A DNA stretch of 57,877 bases, the filler included, from Circinaria calcarea (taxonomy: Eukaryota), in assembly GCA_051942165.1 (NCBI GenBank). It is 2 parts of 2 records of this genome, joined end to end, with 100 filler letters (N's around TTAATTAATTAA, not from the genome) between each part and the next. Parts side by side here need not be neighbours in the genome. Positions count along the whole stretch, not along the records: positions 29,096 to 57,877 come from JAVECS010000051.1; 1 more part is not named here. The stretch is one strand, 5' to 3'. Both the position numbers and the translations under genes were made by a program. This document shows, piece by piece, positions 37,231 to 48,258 of the stretch; position 1 is the first letter of the stretch, and each line of letters starts with the position of its first letter. Under the pieces are notes generated by a model. The model searched no databases. It saw only the letters and a list, made by a program, of their open reading frames with translations, and was not told where the DNA came from.

Positions 37231-37529
37231 TAGAAGATATGGTTCGAGGGTACCGGAGAGGGGCTTTCGATCCTGACTTCGTGGTGGATAAGAGGCTGGG
37301 AGGGGAGACTCGGGCTCATTAGGACATGACGGAGATGTTGTTTTCCCGTTGCTCCGTCATGCTCTCTCGGTGTTCCCTCGATCAGCGCTGCCAGTGGTCC
37401 CTAGACTGAGATTGGCTTGCCAGTCCAGTCCAGTCCGGACTGCCAAGGCGTATGTAAACATACCCCAGTAAGCTCAAACAAACAAACAAACATACAGTGT
37501 ATTTGAAGCCCTCCTTTGCTAACAACCTT

Positions 37530-37930
37530 CTATTTGATATAACTGCTCCATTGTGCCAACATCCAGACCAAACTCCCTATGGCCGTACATCCAGACAGCA
37601 GTAATCCCTTCCCAGCCCTCATTGTGCCAAAAATCAGCCATTCGCTGGAAAAGTGGGCGAGAGCAATGACATAAGTCCATAGCGCAAGCGTGTACCAGTC
37701 CCCGTTGTTGATCCGGTACGCCGCGTATATCCGGATAATCCCCGCTAAAAAATGTCCAGGTCCCAAAAAGCCGTGCTGCAAGAGGGGTGACTTGATTTGT
37801 GGAGGTGGCGGCAGGGCCATTGTACATCCGCTGGGTGTAGTTTGACGGGCGGAGTAACTTTGAAGGGGGAGAAGGTATATTACGCAGAATGCCCAGCTAC
37901 CAATTAAATTGCTCTGGACGATTTTCAACG
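37530..37930 (-). CDS. ERG28: Erg28 sterol C-4 demethylase complex scaffold (5' part garbled; apparent frameshift in a homopolymer)
   Basis: YTQRMYNGP...QVTPLAARLFGTWTF, then (L)AGIIRIYAAYRINNGDWYTLALWTYVIALAHFSSEWLIFGT...SLVWMLAQWSSYIK*. The ARLFGTWT, RIYAAY and HFSSEWLIFGT motifs are diagnostic. The frame switch falls in an A6 run at ~37747. Confidence 0.88.
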
Positions 37931-38119
37931 GGATTCCGTGTGTATAAAGGGATTTAGGTTACTGCGCTTATTTTCAAGCACATTCCAACAACGGGCACTT
38001 CCCATTCATTGACTTCACTCATTCCGTTATGGTAGTATTTAGAAAAAATTGTGATATATAAATGCGAAAGAATTCTAGTGTTTCGCAGCCCGAATTTTTG
38101 CACAAGCGATTATCTCGTC

Positions 38120-38412
38120 GTCATATGATCTCCCGTTTTCAACTGGAACCCTTTTTTGAATTTTTTTAAAACGTACCTTTCCCGCCCCCTGCTCCCGCGG
38201 TATACCCATATGTTCAATACGATATAACTATTGCGCATGTAAACCGATTTTTGGCAAAAAGAGTCTAATTTGTTTTTTTTATCGCTGATTTAAGCGCTTC
38301 AAACTGAGCTCTCATTTGTAAAAAAAAAAAAAAAGGCACGCAGTATTGGTGAGTGCATCCAAACTACAAGCGTAAAGAGGTTGGGGGTCCGGGTTTGAAG
38401 TTTCTCACGTGA
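38120..38412. promoter_or_regulatory. Candidate SREBP-type elements in the ERG28/ERG26 bidirectional promoter
   Basis: GTCATATGAT at 38120-38129 and the palindromic E-box TCACGTGA at 38405-38412; the region is low quality. Confidence 0.35.
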
Positions 38413-38877
38413 TCTCAGTTTTCGCTTAGGACCCTTTTTTTTGGATCTTGGCACTTATTGTTTTTTAAAAATTCTAACTTTTTACGATTTGACCCGAAAC
38501 CTTAGCGGGTATGACTAAGAAAATTTGGTAAATTTGGGTATTGCTCCAGACTTTCCGCTACTATGAGAATACCACATCGGTGATATGCTATGGGTCAAGG
38601 TTTGATTTGACGCAAAGAATTCAATTGGTGCGTGCCCTGCCACGAAGATTGCACATACTCTTCTGTTTCGCAGCCTCGTCCTTTGACCAAAATCTGGATT
38701 ACTGGCTGACTTGGTATGACTTCCCAGATATCTCCTGAAACTGCTTCCGCACGTATTCTGATAACCTAACCAAGAAGACGACCCCAAATTCCCACTCTCA
38801 ACCTAGCCGACTCTGAAACACCTCTCGCCCCAATTGTTTCGAAGGTGACCTCCATTCGGGGAACTCGAGTTGCCATC

Positions 38878-39972
38878 ATGAGTTCAGAGCTTGGCTCCGT
38901 CCTTGTTATCGGCGGTTGCGGCTTCCTGGGCCATCATATCGTCTCGCAACTTTTGGGAAACAACGCCAAGGTCTCGGTGCTCGACCTCCGGACCACCCGT
39001 AATCGCATTCCGTCGGTGTCTTACTACGATGGAGACATCACCTCTGCCGCATCGGTTCAGTCCGTCCTCGAGAACGTCAAACCTCAGGTCATTATTCATA
39101 CAGCATCTCCTGTTGGAACCTCAGGAGACGCCGCTCTCTATTATAAGGTCAACGTTGAAGGCACACGGAATCTACTGGAATGTGCTGGCAAGTTCGGGGT
39201 TGTAAAGGCATTTGTCTACACATCCAGCGCCTCTGTTGTTGATGATTCTGTTAGCGATCTCATGGATGCCGATGAACGCTTACCGATCCTAAGAAGCCCA
39301 CAGCCGACGAAAGCCTACTCACTCACCAAGGGTATCGCTGAGGAGATTGTCTTGGCCGCCAACCGCAAGTACGACAGCATGTTAACGGTCGCGATACGCC
39401 CAGCCGGCATCTTCGGAGAGGGGGATAATCAAATGTTGCCAGGAATGCTGAATGCCTATGAGACAGGCAAGACCAAGTTTCAGCTGGGAGATAACACGAA
39501 CCTTTTCGACTTCTCGTATGTGGGAAACGTGGCGCACGCGCACATACTTGCTGCAAGGGAGCTGATACGAGTCTCCACGAGATCGGCACCTCTTCCAGCT
39601 CACAAAGTTGTAGAAGGTGAAGCGTTTTTCGTTACGAATGATGAACCCTACCGCTTCTGGGACTTCACGCGTGCTGTCTGGCGCGCTGCAGGGGACAAGA
39701 CCAAGCCTGAGGCTGTATGGGTCATGCCAAAGCATTTGGGTTTAGTCCTTGCCACCATGATAGAATGGTTGTTCTGGCTGTTTACGTTTGGAAGAAAGGA
39801 GCCAAGTTTAACGAGGGAGAAGGTCAAGTTTAGCTGCATGAACAGGACCTTCCGCATTGACAAGATCAAAAGTAGGCTGGGTTATAAACCTCTCATCAAC
39901 ACGAGCGAGGCTGTCAAGAGGAGTGTGCAATGGTTTGAAATGGAGAAGTTGAAAGACAAAAAGGCGAAATGA
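38878..39972 (+). CDS. ERG26: Sterol-4-alpha-carboxylate 3-dehydrogenase (decarboxylating), Erg26/NSDHL, intronless
   Basis: MSSELGSVLVIGGCGFLGHHIV, IHTASP, VNVEGTRNLLE, FVYTSSASVV, catalytic YSLTK, IRPAGIFGEGD, FQLGDNTNLFDFSYVGNVAHAHILAA, GEAFFVTNDEP..FWDF, LGYKP. Confidence 0.95.
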   Translation: MSSELGSVLVIGGCGFLGHHIVSQLLGNNAKVSVLDLRTTRNRIPSVSYYDGDITSAASVQSVLENVKPQVIIHTASPVGTSGDAALYYKVNVEGTRNLLECAGKFGVVKAFVYTSSASVVDDSVSDLMDADERLPILRSPQPTKAYSLTKGIAEEIVLAANRKYDSMLTVAIRPAGIFGEGDNQMLPGMLNAYETGKTKFQLGDNTNLFDFSYVGNVAHAHILAARELIRVSTRSAPLPAHKVVEGEAFFVTNDEPYRFWDFTRAVWRAAGDKTKPEAVWVMPKHLGLVLATMIEWLFWLFTFGRKEPSLTREKVKFSCMNRTFRIDKIKSRLGYKPLINTSEAVKRSVQWFEMEKLKDKKAK

Positions 39973-40302
39973 AAATAATTGTCCCAAGTAGCGGACAAAA
40001 GGACCATATTTCGTAGAAAGCGTTTGTCAGTACCTGACACCCGTCAATATCAGAGTCTGCTAGCGATCATCCCCGTGGAGTTCACTCACCGGAGGGGGTG
40101 AAAAGCTCGAGGCATTCCACATACTAAGAACCTCTCGTTGAAACCTTTGGACATCCCACGGATGTTTTTATGGAGATGTGTCAATTAGACATTGAATCGC
40201 ATCGAACTATGGAGGTGATCAGGCACACAGTTTCATATCATGTATATCGATACTTCCACGTACGTTCTCAGATTCAGGCCTGGATTGAACAGTATATAGA
40301 AG

Positions 40303-40495
40303 TCCTGTCATAGAAGGCTTGCCGTGCCATTTTTCTTACTCGGCTCATTCCAAAATAACTTGCGGTGTGCGACTAACGCACCTTTTCATGGCAGAAGTGG
40401 GGTATCGGATAAATACCTACCTTTTTCCCCTTGCGCCAGTACGCCTTTGTAGATCTTATGCGAGTGCGGTGAGCTAGGCACAGCAAGGAAGAGAA
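40303..40495 (+). repeat. Non-coding module A, copy 1 (direct repeat of 45522-45719)
   Basis: Shared blocks include gtgccattttt, ttccaaaat, cgactaacgc, tttcatggcaga, gggtatcggataaatacct, ttttccccttgcgcc, atgcgagtg and ggaagagaa; roughly 75-80% identity by eye. Confidence 0.9.
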
Positions 40496-40500
40496 TCTCT

Positions 40501-40855
40501 ATTATGGTCGATCACGCCCATGGTCGATAGCGATTATTGGCCTTTGAGGTATCGAGCCTTGCCGCGTAAAGTAGCCTATGCCCGATTCTGCTTGCTCTAT
40601 TATCAAGCCTGCGTAGATTGGTAAAACGCATTAGCCAAGCCGATCTTCCACATTTAGCTTAACTACTGTCGTAAAGTCAAATGCGGATACCCTTGCCTGC
40701 ATATGTGACTTGACTACCTAGCCCCACAGTTGGGTGTCGATACCTCCGTAGCAATCGAAACAAGGAGGAGATATGGGTTCGACTCCCGTTAGCGCTACTT
40801 TACGGAGTAGGTGGTTGGTGGTTCCCCTTTTCTTGTACCGCTAGTTGCCGCTCGG
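40501..40855 (+). repeat. Non-coding module B, copy 1 (inverted repeat of 45176-45514)
   Basis: Shared with the reverse complement of 45176-45514: atggtcgat, tatcgagccttgccgc, ctctattatcaagcctgcg, agccgatcttccac, ggatacccttgcc, tgcatatgtgacttgacta, tagccccaca-ttgggtgtcgatacct, ccgctagttgccgctcgg. Confidence 0.9.
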
Positions 40856-41563
40856 CTTGTTTGGCCGGATATGTAAATGCCGGGCAACACACTGTACCCT
40901 CAGGCTTGTCACTTATCTGCCTCGAATTCCCTCGTCCATCCACGTCATCCACATCCATCTTATTGTTCCAGGCACAGTACCATGCTGTTAAGTGGCTTAG
41001 TATATTTCCCCCACTCAGAGAAGGCTACTGCGGCTTATGGGTTTTGGCGCTGCTATTCTAATCTCAATCTCAATCTGCTTGTCTTTCAACTTCTATTGGT
41101 CATGACTCCCCAACATCCTGTCATTTGATTCCCGAAACTTTGACGCACCGGCAACCACCCCAAGTGTGTGTGCACAGATAGTAGACAGAGATTCCTCGAA
41201 GAACCATTCACCCGTGTGCTTCCATCTCGAGTCTTTACCGCTTGCTCCTTGCATTTTCAGCCTTTCTACCGATCTTTGTGGATCAGTGTTCATTGATTTG
41301 CAGTGAAGCCATGGCACAGCAGCAGTATTACTCTATCCGAGCCAACACATGCGTAGCATGTATTGGCCGCCGTCAGCCGTAATAGTACAGTAGATGCCTG
41401 ATTGCCCCACCAAGTATGTCGCTTACGAAAGAAGGTGTTGGAGTTTTGAAAATACCATCTTCTCTGCTGAGACACATCCTTCGTCCTTCCTACCATTCGA
41501 TCCCTCCTGAGGTCTCTGCTAGGAATATTGAGCAGAGTATTTTTATTATTGCTTATTCAGAAG

Positions 41564-42240
41564 ATGATGACAATGATTGAAGCTATCTATATTTTCTTGG
41601 TCACTTATAATTACATCGTACTTGCTGCTATCGGCATCATATTCACTCTCCTTATGATTTGGTTTGATAGACGAGTTGGAGCTCTTCCAGTACCTCCGGT
41701 TTGTAAATCTCACCTGGGCCCACATCAAGTTATTTATTCTAACATTATTAAATCAGACTAATGCTATGATACCGAGTCTCTCTGCTTCACGTCCAGGTCG
41801 ATGGATAGAAAACATTAAATACCTTTTCGAGGGCACCGAGAAGATACTCTAGAGTTACGTGAGTTCCTGGTGAAGGAGCAATTGAATCGCATCAAGACTC
41901 ATCCATCCTTTGCAGAGACCTGGAGAGCCTTATGTCGTTGCAACCCCAGAGAATTATTGCATCCTTGTCTCATCCAAGAAACATATGGTACAGCTTGGTA
42001 AAACGCCCGAGCTATCGCAGCGCGCAGCTTATGTTGATGTTAGTCCGAGAAAGAAGCCTACACATCGCCGTTCCCTGCTAATGACGGATTAACAGGTTCT
42101 CGGTTGGAGTAAACAGTTATTCAACTTGAGAATCCTAGGATAGAAGAGCAAACTACAGCAACCCGTGGGCTTCAAGCTCTAGTTCCCCAAATGAGGAGGT
42201 ATTATGCTTCATATATTATGAAATTGTTGGAAGGCATAGG
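41564..42240 (+). pseudogene. Truncated cytochrome P450 (N-terminal remnant, same broad class as the P450 at 46049-48258)
   Basis: N-terminal anchor MMTMIEAIYIFLV...IGIIFTLLMIWFDRR; RWIENIKYLFEGTEKIL*SY (in-frame TAG); RPGEPYVVATPENYCILVSSKKHMVQL...LSQRAAYVD. No K-helix or heme motif follows before the MFS gene. Confidence 0.7.
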
Positions 42241-42849
42241 GCTTACAGAGTCATGTGTTATCTACGGGTAATACACGGTCCATGCTCAAAACTCTCTACA
42301 CACTTCATGAAAGCGTTTTCTTCGTAGCATAGTTAGTTTAGTTATATACACACTCGGGTAGCAATACATGCAACTATACATGCTGCTGCCCATCAGAAAT
42401 TCTGGTGTATCTTCTAATAAACTACGACTTTAAACTTGCAGACGAAAATGCCTCCCTGAGATACAAATGGCGTTATTTCGGCTCCCGCGAGAGGGAATTC
42501 ATTTTCTTTTCCGCAAAAAGGTTCAGAAGGCTTAGAAGCAGTGAGGAGTAATTCGCTGTTATAGCGGTTTCACTTTAGATAATCGTATTCATTACCGCCT
42601 AATTCCATAGTGTTTATGGGTAATGTATAACCCAATGCGTTTATAAATAAATTTACGGTTCGGGTTGAATATTCAGGCACGATATGTGTAACGCCTGGTA
42701 GGGTGGCTGAGAATCTAGCACTGTCCAGAAGTATAAGCTACAGGGCACAGCCAAGGCTTCCCGGACCCCAACTTGCCGCCCATATGCTCTAGCATACCTC
42801 CCTTGCAACCTTTGCTTTTTCCTGCCCCGGCCACTTTGGGTTGCAACGG

Positions 42850-44562
42850 CTAGTCTATGCGGAAGCGCTTATGCTTTCGAATACGCTCTCCATATCGGAC
42901 TAGCAGAAAGGGGACCGGAATGAGAGCTACGGCAATGAAGCCAAGCAAAGAATTTCCCCAGCCAAGGCCCAACTTGTCATACATGGGAAGGCCAGCGAGT
43001 GGAATTAGAGCACCGACAATTGCTCGCCAGATAGCATTTGCCGCAAGTGCTGATGCAGCATGCTGAGTGAAAGCATCGACTAAATAGGCTTGTATGGCTG
43101 CCTATGACAGATATAACCAGTTAGCCGACCCTTTCCACGCTGATAAGTTAAAAAGGTCAATAATCAACGAGCAATATCAAACTAGCCACGGAAATTCCGC
43201 AAATGCTTACAAAAAACGTCATGATGCCCACCCCTACAAAGGAGGTACCTAAAATAGGCACGAGCCAGAAGACATGCTTCTCAGCTGTCCAGCCGTAAAT
43301 GAAAAGACCGACGGGGATGCAGAATCCGCCAGGTATCATAATCGTCAAACGGTATTCAGGCTTCATTTCCTCTTGATTGGCCTTGGCCCTTTTCAGCCGA
43401 CGGTCGGAAATGAGGCCGAACGCGGTCACACCAATGATCATTCCTATCCCTACACCCAAAAAGGTCAAGCCCACAAGGCTCGGTGAAAAGCCATAACCGA
43501 CCTCGAAAACGGTGGTAAGTGTTGTGAAAAGGAGGTATAAGTAGCCGTAGACGATTGCTGATAAAGTTGCGAGGAGAGATATAATGGGGGAAAACAAGAG
43601 CATTTTAAAAGGACGAATAATGGCATGCTGCAGGGCGTTGCGCCACGAGAGGTTCGAAGCAAGCTTGGAGCGGAGGCTCGGCTTGTTCAGCTGCTTACGT
43701 AGGCGGGCAGTTTTATGCTCCAAGAGCGCGACGGAGTAGGTTTCACGTACAGTGAAAGGATAGATTACCGTGATTGTGCTGGACTTGTACGGTTAGTCTG
43801 TGCACATAACGAATAGGAGGACTGGACTTTACCGCCATAGCGAGCACCCAAAAGACCCATCGCCACCCCTCGGCCGCTGACAGGAATCCGCCCATCACTG
43901 GTCCAATGATAGGGCCCAGTAGCGGACAAATGGACCATATTGCGATGGCTTTGCCGCGTTCTTCCTGCACGAAAAGATCACTGATTGTACCTCCGCCTAA
44001 GGCAATTACGGCTGACCCTGCAATGCCCTGAAGCAGCCGGAAGCCGATCAACATATCAAGGCTAGAGCTAACAGCGCAAGCCACTGTGAAAACAACGAAA
44101 AGGGCATTAGTACTATTGTACAAGGGCGAACGGCCATAGAGCTCTGTAAAGTCAGTATTAGCGATAGTTATCGCCCGGCCGGACAGGCGTACCTGAAAGC
44201 GGTGCAATAACCATAGGGCCGGCAGCGTTTCCAAGAACGTATACAGATACTACAAATGAGGCGAGCGCTGGGCTGGTGGATCCGAACTCGGTCATGAGCC
44301 GGGGCACGCCGGGAGCGAACATTGAGGAGGCAAGTGATCTATCATTTTTATCAATATATCGACAGTGAGTATGTGATGTTGAGTCCTATACATACGTGAT
44401 TAATGTCATGGCTGCAAGGCTCGCGATCAGGAGCCATTTTTTCCTCGGCTTCCAGTTGAGCGCTATCTCTGGGTCTAAAGGGCCGTTGAAATCCACAATA
44501 TCGAGATCGGGAACCTCCAATGCGTTTAGACAAGCAAGCGCAGCCTTTCTATCACACCGCAT
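42850..44562 (-). CDS. MFS drug:H+ antiporter (DHA1 family), multi-exon; start uncertain
   Basis: DIVDFNGPLDPEIALNWKPRKKW, SLASSMFAPGVP, ELYGRSPLY, FRLLQGIAGS, GGGTISDLFVQEERGKA, GPIIGPVMGGFL..GWRWVFW, RETY, RPFKMLLFSPI, KPEYRL, YLVDAFTQHAASALAAN, LGLGWGNSLLGF. Confidence 0.9.
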
Positions 44563-45175
44563 GATGTTTCTGTACTGTATCTATGTCGGAGACTGTGTTA
44601 TAAGATTATTGAAGGAAATAGTCTTCTTGACATCAATTTATGAGTCTGGTAGAGAATTTTTCCTACTTTCCCAGATCATCTGGGCCTTCGAACGGTTGCA
44701 ATAGTGCCTTGATTGCTAAGATAAGCGTAATTATTAATAACGCAAGCCCTCACACAGCTTGATCGAAATATTCTAGAAGAGAAGGTAGCGAGCTGTCGAG
44801 TCAGAGGAGCAAGAGTATCCAAAGGCATATGCCGGGAGCAGCGATGAGGGCCAAAAAACTGGTGAGCGGGCTGAGGGCTTCCCAGAGCTTCGGAGCAGAC
44901 ATCACGCCTCCGATCGAGACCCTCGTGGACACAGAAGCGAGAAGTACAGAGTAAGACAAACCTTATCAGCGTAAGGAATAGCGGCAGAGGGACGAACCGT
45001 CTCCGCGCTGGTTTACCACTTGCACAGCGCCGATTTGAATCCTCTCTTGATGACATTGGGCGCTTTCCAGTTATTTGAGACTCAGCCGCAGCGGAAACCT
45101 CCGTGTTAATGGAAGATATCCCTGTGGGAGGAAGTGGGGCTAATAACGCAATGCCATGGGAGATCGGGGAAAGAT

Positions 45176-45514
45176 CCGAGCGGCAACTAGCGGCAGCTAC
45201 GGAGTTAATAATCAAGGTATCGACACCCAATTGTGGGGCTAGTCAAGTCACATATGCAGCTACTGGCAAGGGTATCCACTTTTGAACTTTACTACGCGGT
45301 GTGGTAGTAAAGCTCAACGTGGAAGATCGGCTGGGCTAATGCTTTTTATTAATCTATCTATCATGACCCCCACTCAACCTAGCCAAGGCTAATATTGTCC
45401 CTCAGCCGCAGGCTTGATAATAGAGTAAATAGAGCGGGCATTACATCATGCGGCAAGGCTCGATATTCGAAAGGGCCGGTACCGCTATCGGTCATACGCG
45501 TCATCGACCATGAT
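45176..45514 (-). repeat. Non-coding module B, copy 2 (inverted relative to 40501-40855)
   Basis: The reverse complement aligns block by block to 40501-40855, with indels. Confidence 0.9.
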
Positions 45515-45521
45515 GGACAAC

Positions 45522-45719
45522 TCCTGTGATAGGAGGTTGCTGTGCCATTTTTCCTACTTAGCTTATTCCAAAATGGCTTGTGGCGTACGACTAACGCTCC
45601 TTTCATGGCAGAGGTAGGGTATCGGATAAATACCTCACACCCTTTTCCCCTTGCGCCCCTAGATAGTGCTCCTTTGGATCTCATGCGAGTGTGGTGAGCA
45701 AGCACAGCAGGGAAGAGAA
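45522..45719 (+). repeat. Non-coding module A, copy 2 (same orientation as 40303-40495)
   Basis: tcctgtgataggaggttgctgtgccattttt...gggtatcggataaatacct...gcacagcagggaagagaa. Confidence 0.9.
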
Positions 45720-46048
45720 AGTTCGGAGTAGAGGCTAGACCGTGAGTATGCAAAACCCTACACGCATAGCATCACCTGCAGGCACTCCAGGCGGCCAGGT
45801 CATGGGATCATGGGATTACTAAATTACTGTGTGCATGGCGCGACTTCGATCAGGTGGAAGGCCATTTGAGTATGGATCGACTTGTATCCTCCCTAAACGG
45901 GATAATTTGAAAAGAATTACAAGTGCTACGCAATTTTCATTTGGGAAACATAGTCTTATCAAAATTCTACTATGCTAGATCGAATGACAACTTGCTGACT
46001 GCTGTTTCAGCTCTAACAGGGATAAGCTAAAGCAAAGAGTGTTGAGTT

Positions 46049-48258
46049 TTACGATGAAGGATTTCGTTCACGGACAAGAATTGCCAGCCGAGGATGCGGG
46101 ACGCATGCAATTCCCCAGTTGAGAGTTGACGGCGCTTTTGAGTGGGCAATTTTGAAATCGTAATGAGTAACAAAGTGCGCAACAACCATTTTAGCCACCA
46201 TCGACACGTAGAATCTGGCTGGACTATGTAAAAAAGTAAGCTGAAGTAACAGCCAACGGCATATGAATGTTCCATAACACTCAGTAATATGGCGATTTTA
46301 GCTCGAGGACTTACCAAGCTTGCTTTACTATCCCCCAATAGGGAAACGTCCAGCTAGGATGTGAAAGTCTGCATGTAGAAGCTGGCGTGGCACCGTTCCT
46401 TTGGTCCACAAACCGAAAGCCCTGAAAGCTGAGCGGATCCGCATAGTATGCTGGATCTTGCATGATATCTTTTTGAGGAATGCAAATCCAGTTTCCAGAT
46501 GGAACATATGCGCCGTCGGAGAAATTAAATGACGATACAACTTTATGAGGCATGCTCACTATGCGCAGGTTAAATAGTGCTGCAATCCCGGAAGGTAACC
46601 AGGGCTAGAGAAGTCTTACCGATAGTAATAGGGTGAAGACGAGCGACCTCCTTCAAAAAACTATCAAGATACGGCATATCTTCGTTGTTGATATCGTGGT
46701 TATTCTCTGAGGAACGCTCTACCTCTTGGCGTAAAGGTTCAACATATTCAGGATGCATACAAAGTCGATAGAGGGCGAATGTGAGCAACTGCGAGTTTAT
46801 CAATGCATAGACAGCATAGACGATTAGAGAATAGCTAACATACAACTGGCAACTGATGGGTGGAAGCAAATAGGATAGCAAGAACATGTCGACTTAAAGC
46901 AGGCACTGTTGCCTTTCTTGAACGATCGATAGACCATTGGACGCAATTGATCTGAGCATATATAAGCACATCCTTATAGCAACCAAAAACAAGACTAACT
47001 GGCTTATTTGCAGCTGACCTCGGATTTTGGATCAAGTATTCGATTTCTTTAGTAATAAGGCCAGATAAGTTATTCATACAACCACCTGACTGCATAATAG
47101 CCATGCCAATCAACCTAAACCTGACTGTGAGCGTCTAAGTAGAATGGTAATCCATACCGGCCTTACGGTTTAAAAGCACTTAGAACGCCGGGGACAAATC
47201 GAAGGATTTCTTCTGCAATAGTGGCGTTGCGTAGATAGTGCATCAGTGAATCGATGAATTTCGGATCACCAGCTAGAAAGAGTCAGACTCGGAATTCCCA
47301 GTGATAATCGCAAAACGTACACAAGTCTGCTCCCACAATGACAAGACTATTGAGTCTCGCAGATAGTTTATACATCGCATAGTACGCAGAAATTTTGGTC
47401 CAACCTAATCTATAAGTTAAAGCAAGTCCTGCTCAAGTATAGGTCGAATCGAGAATAGTTCACATACCATTGACTACTTTCTTGCCCTGCATCTCGGTGA
47501 GAAATGCTTCTTCCATTCTTGTTCGTAATAAGGGTTGAAGTATAGGAAGATGAGATCTTAGATTAGATTTGAAAATGACCTGAGATAAATTTAAATTGCC
47601 CTGGATATCACCAGCGGGCATCCCGCCATAAAGCTCATTCGGCGGGAATAACTAGAAACAAATAAATGTAAGAAGCTTGAAAAGAAATCGGCGGTTTGAT
47701 AGCACCAACCTCGTGAACTGCACCTTGGAGAGACACATCATAGATGGAAGCATGATTGAATTCTTCGATGTGTTTGCTAGATGAGACGCACACGTGGAAC
47801 TTGTCTCTTGTCGGAATCGCCCATAGGTTTCCCTTAGCCTAGACCATAAGCTTTTTGTTTGTAACCTTCTACTTCGGCTATCTGGACATACTCTTGTATA
47901 AGCACTAGATACCAGCCTTTCGGCAAAGAACAAATGCAGAAAGCCAGTACACCATCGCCCAAGAATGGTAGACATCCCAATAATCTGGATATTTTGCTAT
48001 AGGTGATGCAGTCAGGATCCTGGCTCCCAGAACTTGGGCTGGGTTTCTTACCGGGGAAAGGAGCACCATCCTGTAAGCCGTCTTCACCTCCCATGCTATA
48101 AACGGTATGAGAAGCCAATACCAATGCCACCATTGCAGTAGTAATAAAACAAAACTCAGTGCTTGGGTGTCCTTCGGCTTGTAGCCATGGTCTGGGTGGC
48201 GATACTGTTTCCCAACAGAGAGAGAACTACAGTTTGAGAAAGGCGGAGACTCAAACAT
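46049..48258 (-). CDS. Cytochrome P450 of the intron-rich secondary-metabolism class (ent-kaurene-oxidase/terpenoid-oxidase-like); alternative ATG at 48288
   Basis: TM anchor LSFVLLLLQWWHWYWLLIPF; WAIPTRDKFHVCVSS; LRSHLPILQP; I-helix LAILFASTHQLP; LYRLCMHPEYVEPLRQE; K-helix LDSFLKEVARLHP; DPLSFQGFRF; heme loop WGIVKQACPARFYV across an intron. About nine GT-AG introns; the exons checked have consistent phases. Confidence 0.88.

Noticed and set aside
37700..37930. ERG28 as a pseudogene
   Set aside because: The frameshifts lie in homopolymer runs within a visibly noisy region, while the clean 3' part is well conserved; sequencing error is more likely.
9676..41852. RIP as the cause of the nonsense codons (TGG to TAG at 9676, possible CAG to TAG at 29898 and 41850)
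   Set aside because: The changes are compatible with CpA to TpA but are too few, and the genes are not strongly TpA-enriched or evidently repeated; ordinary drift is sufficient.
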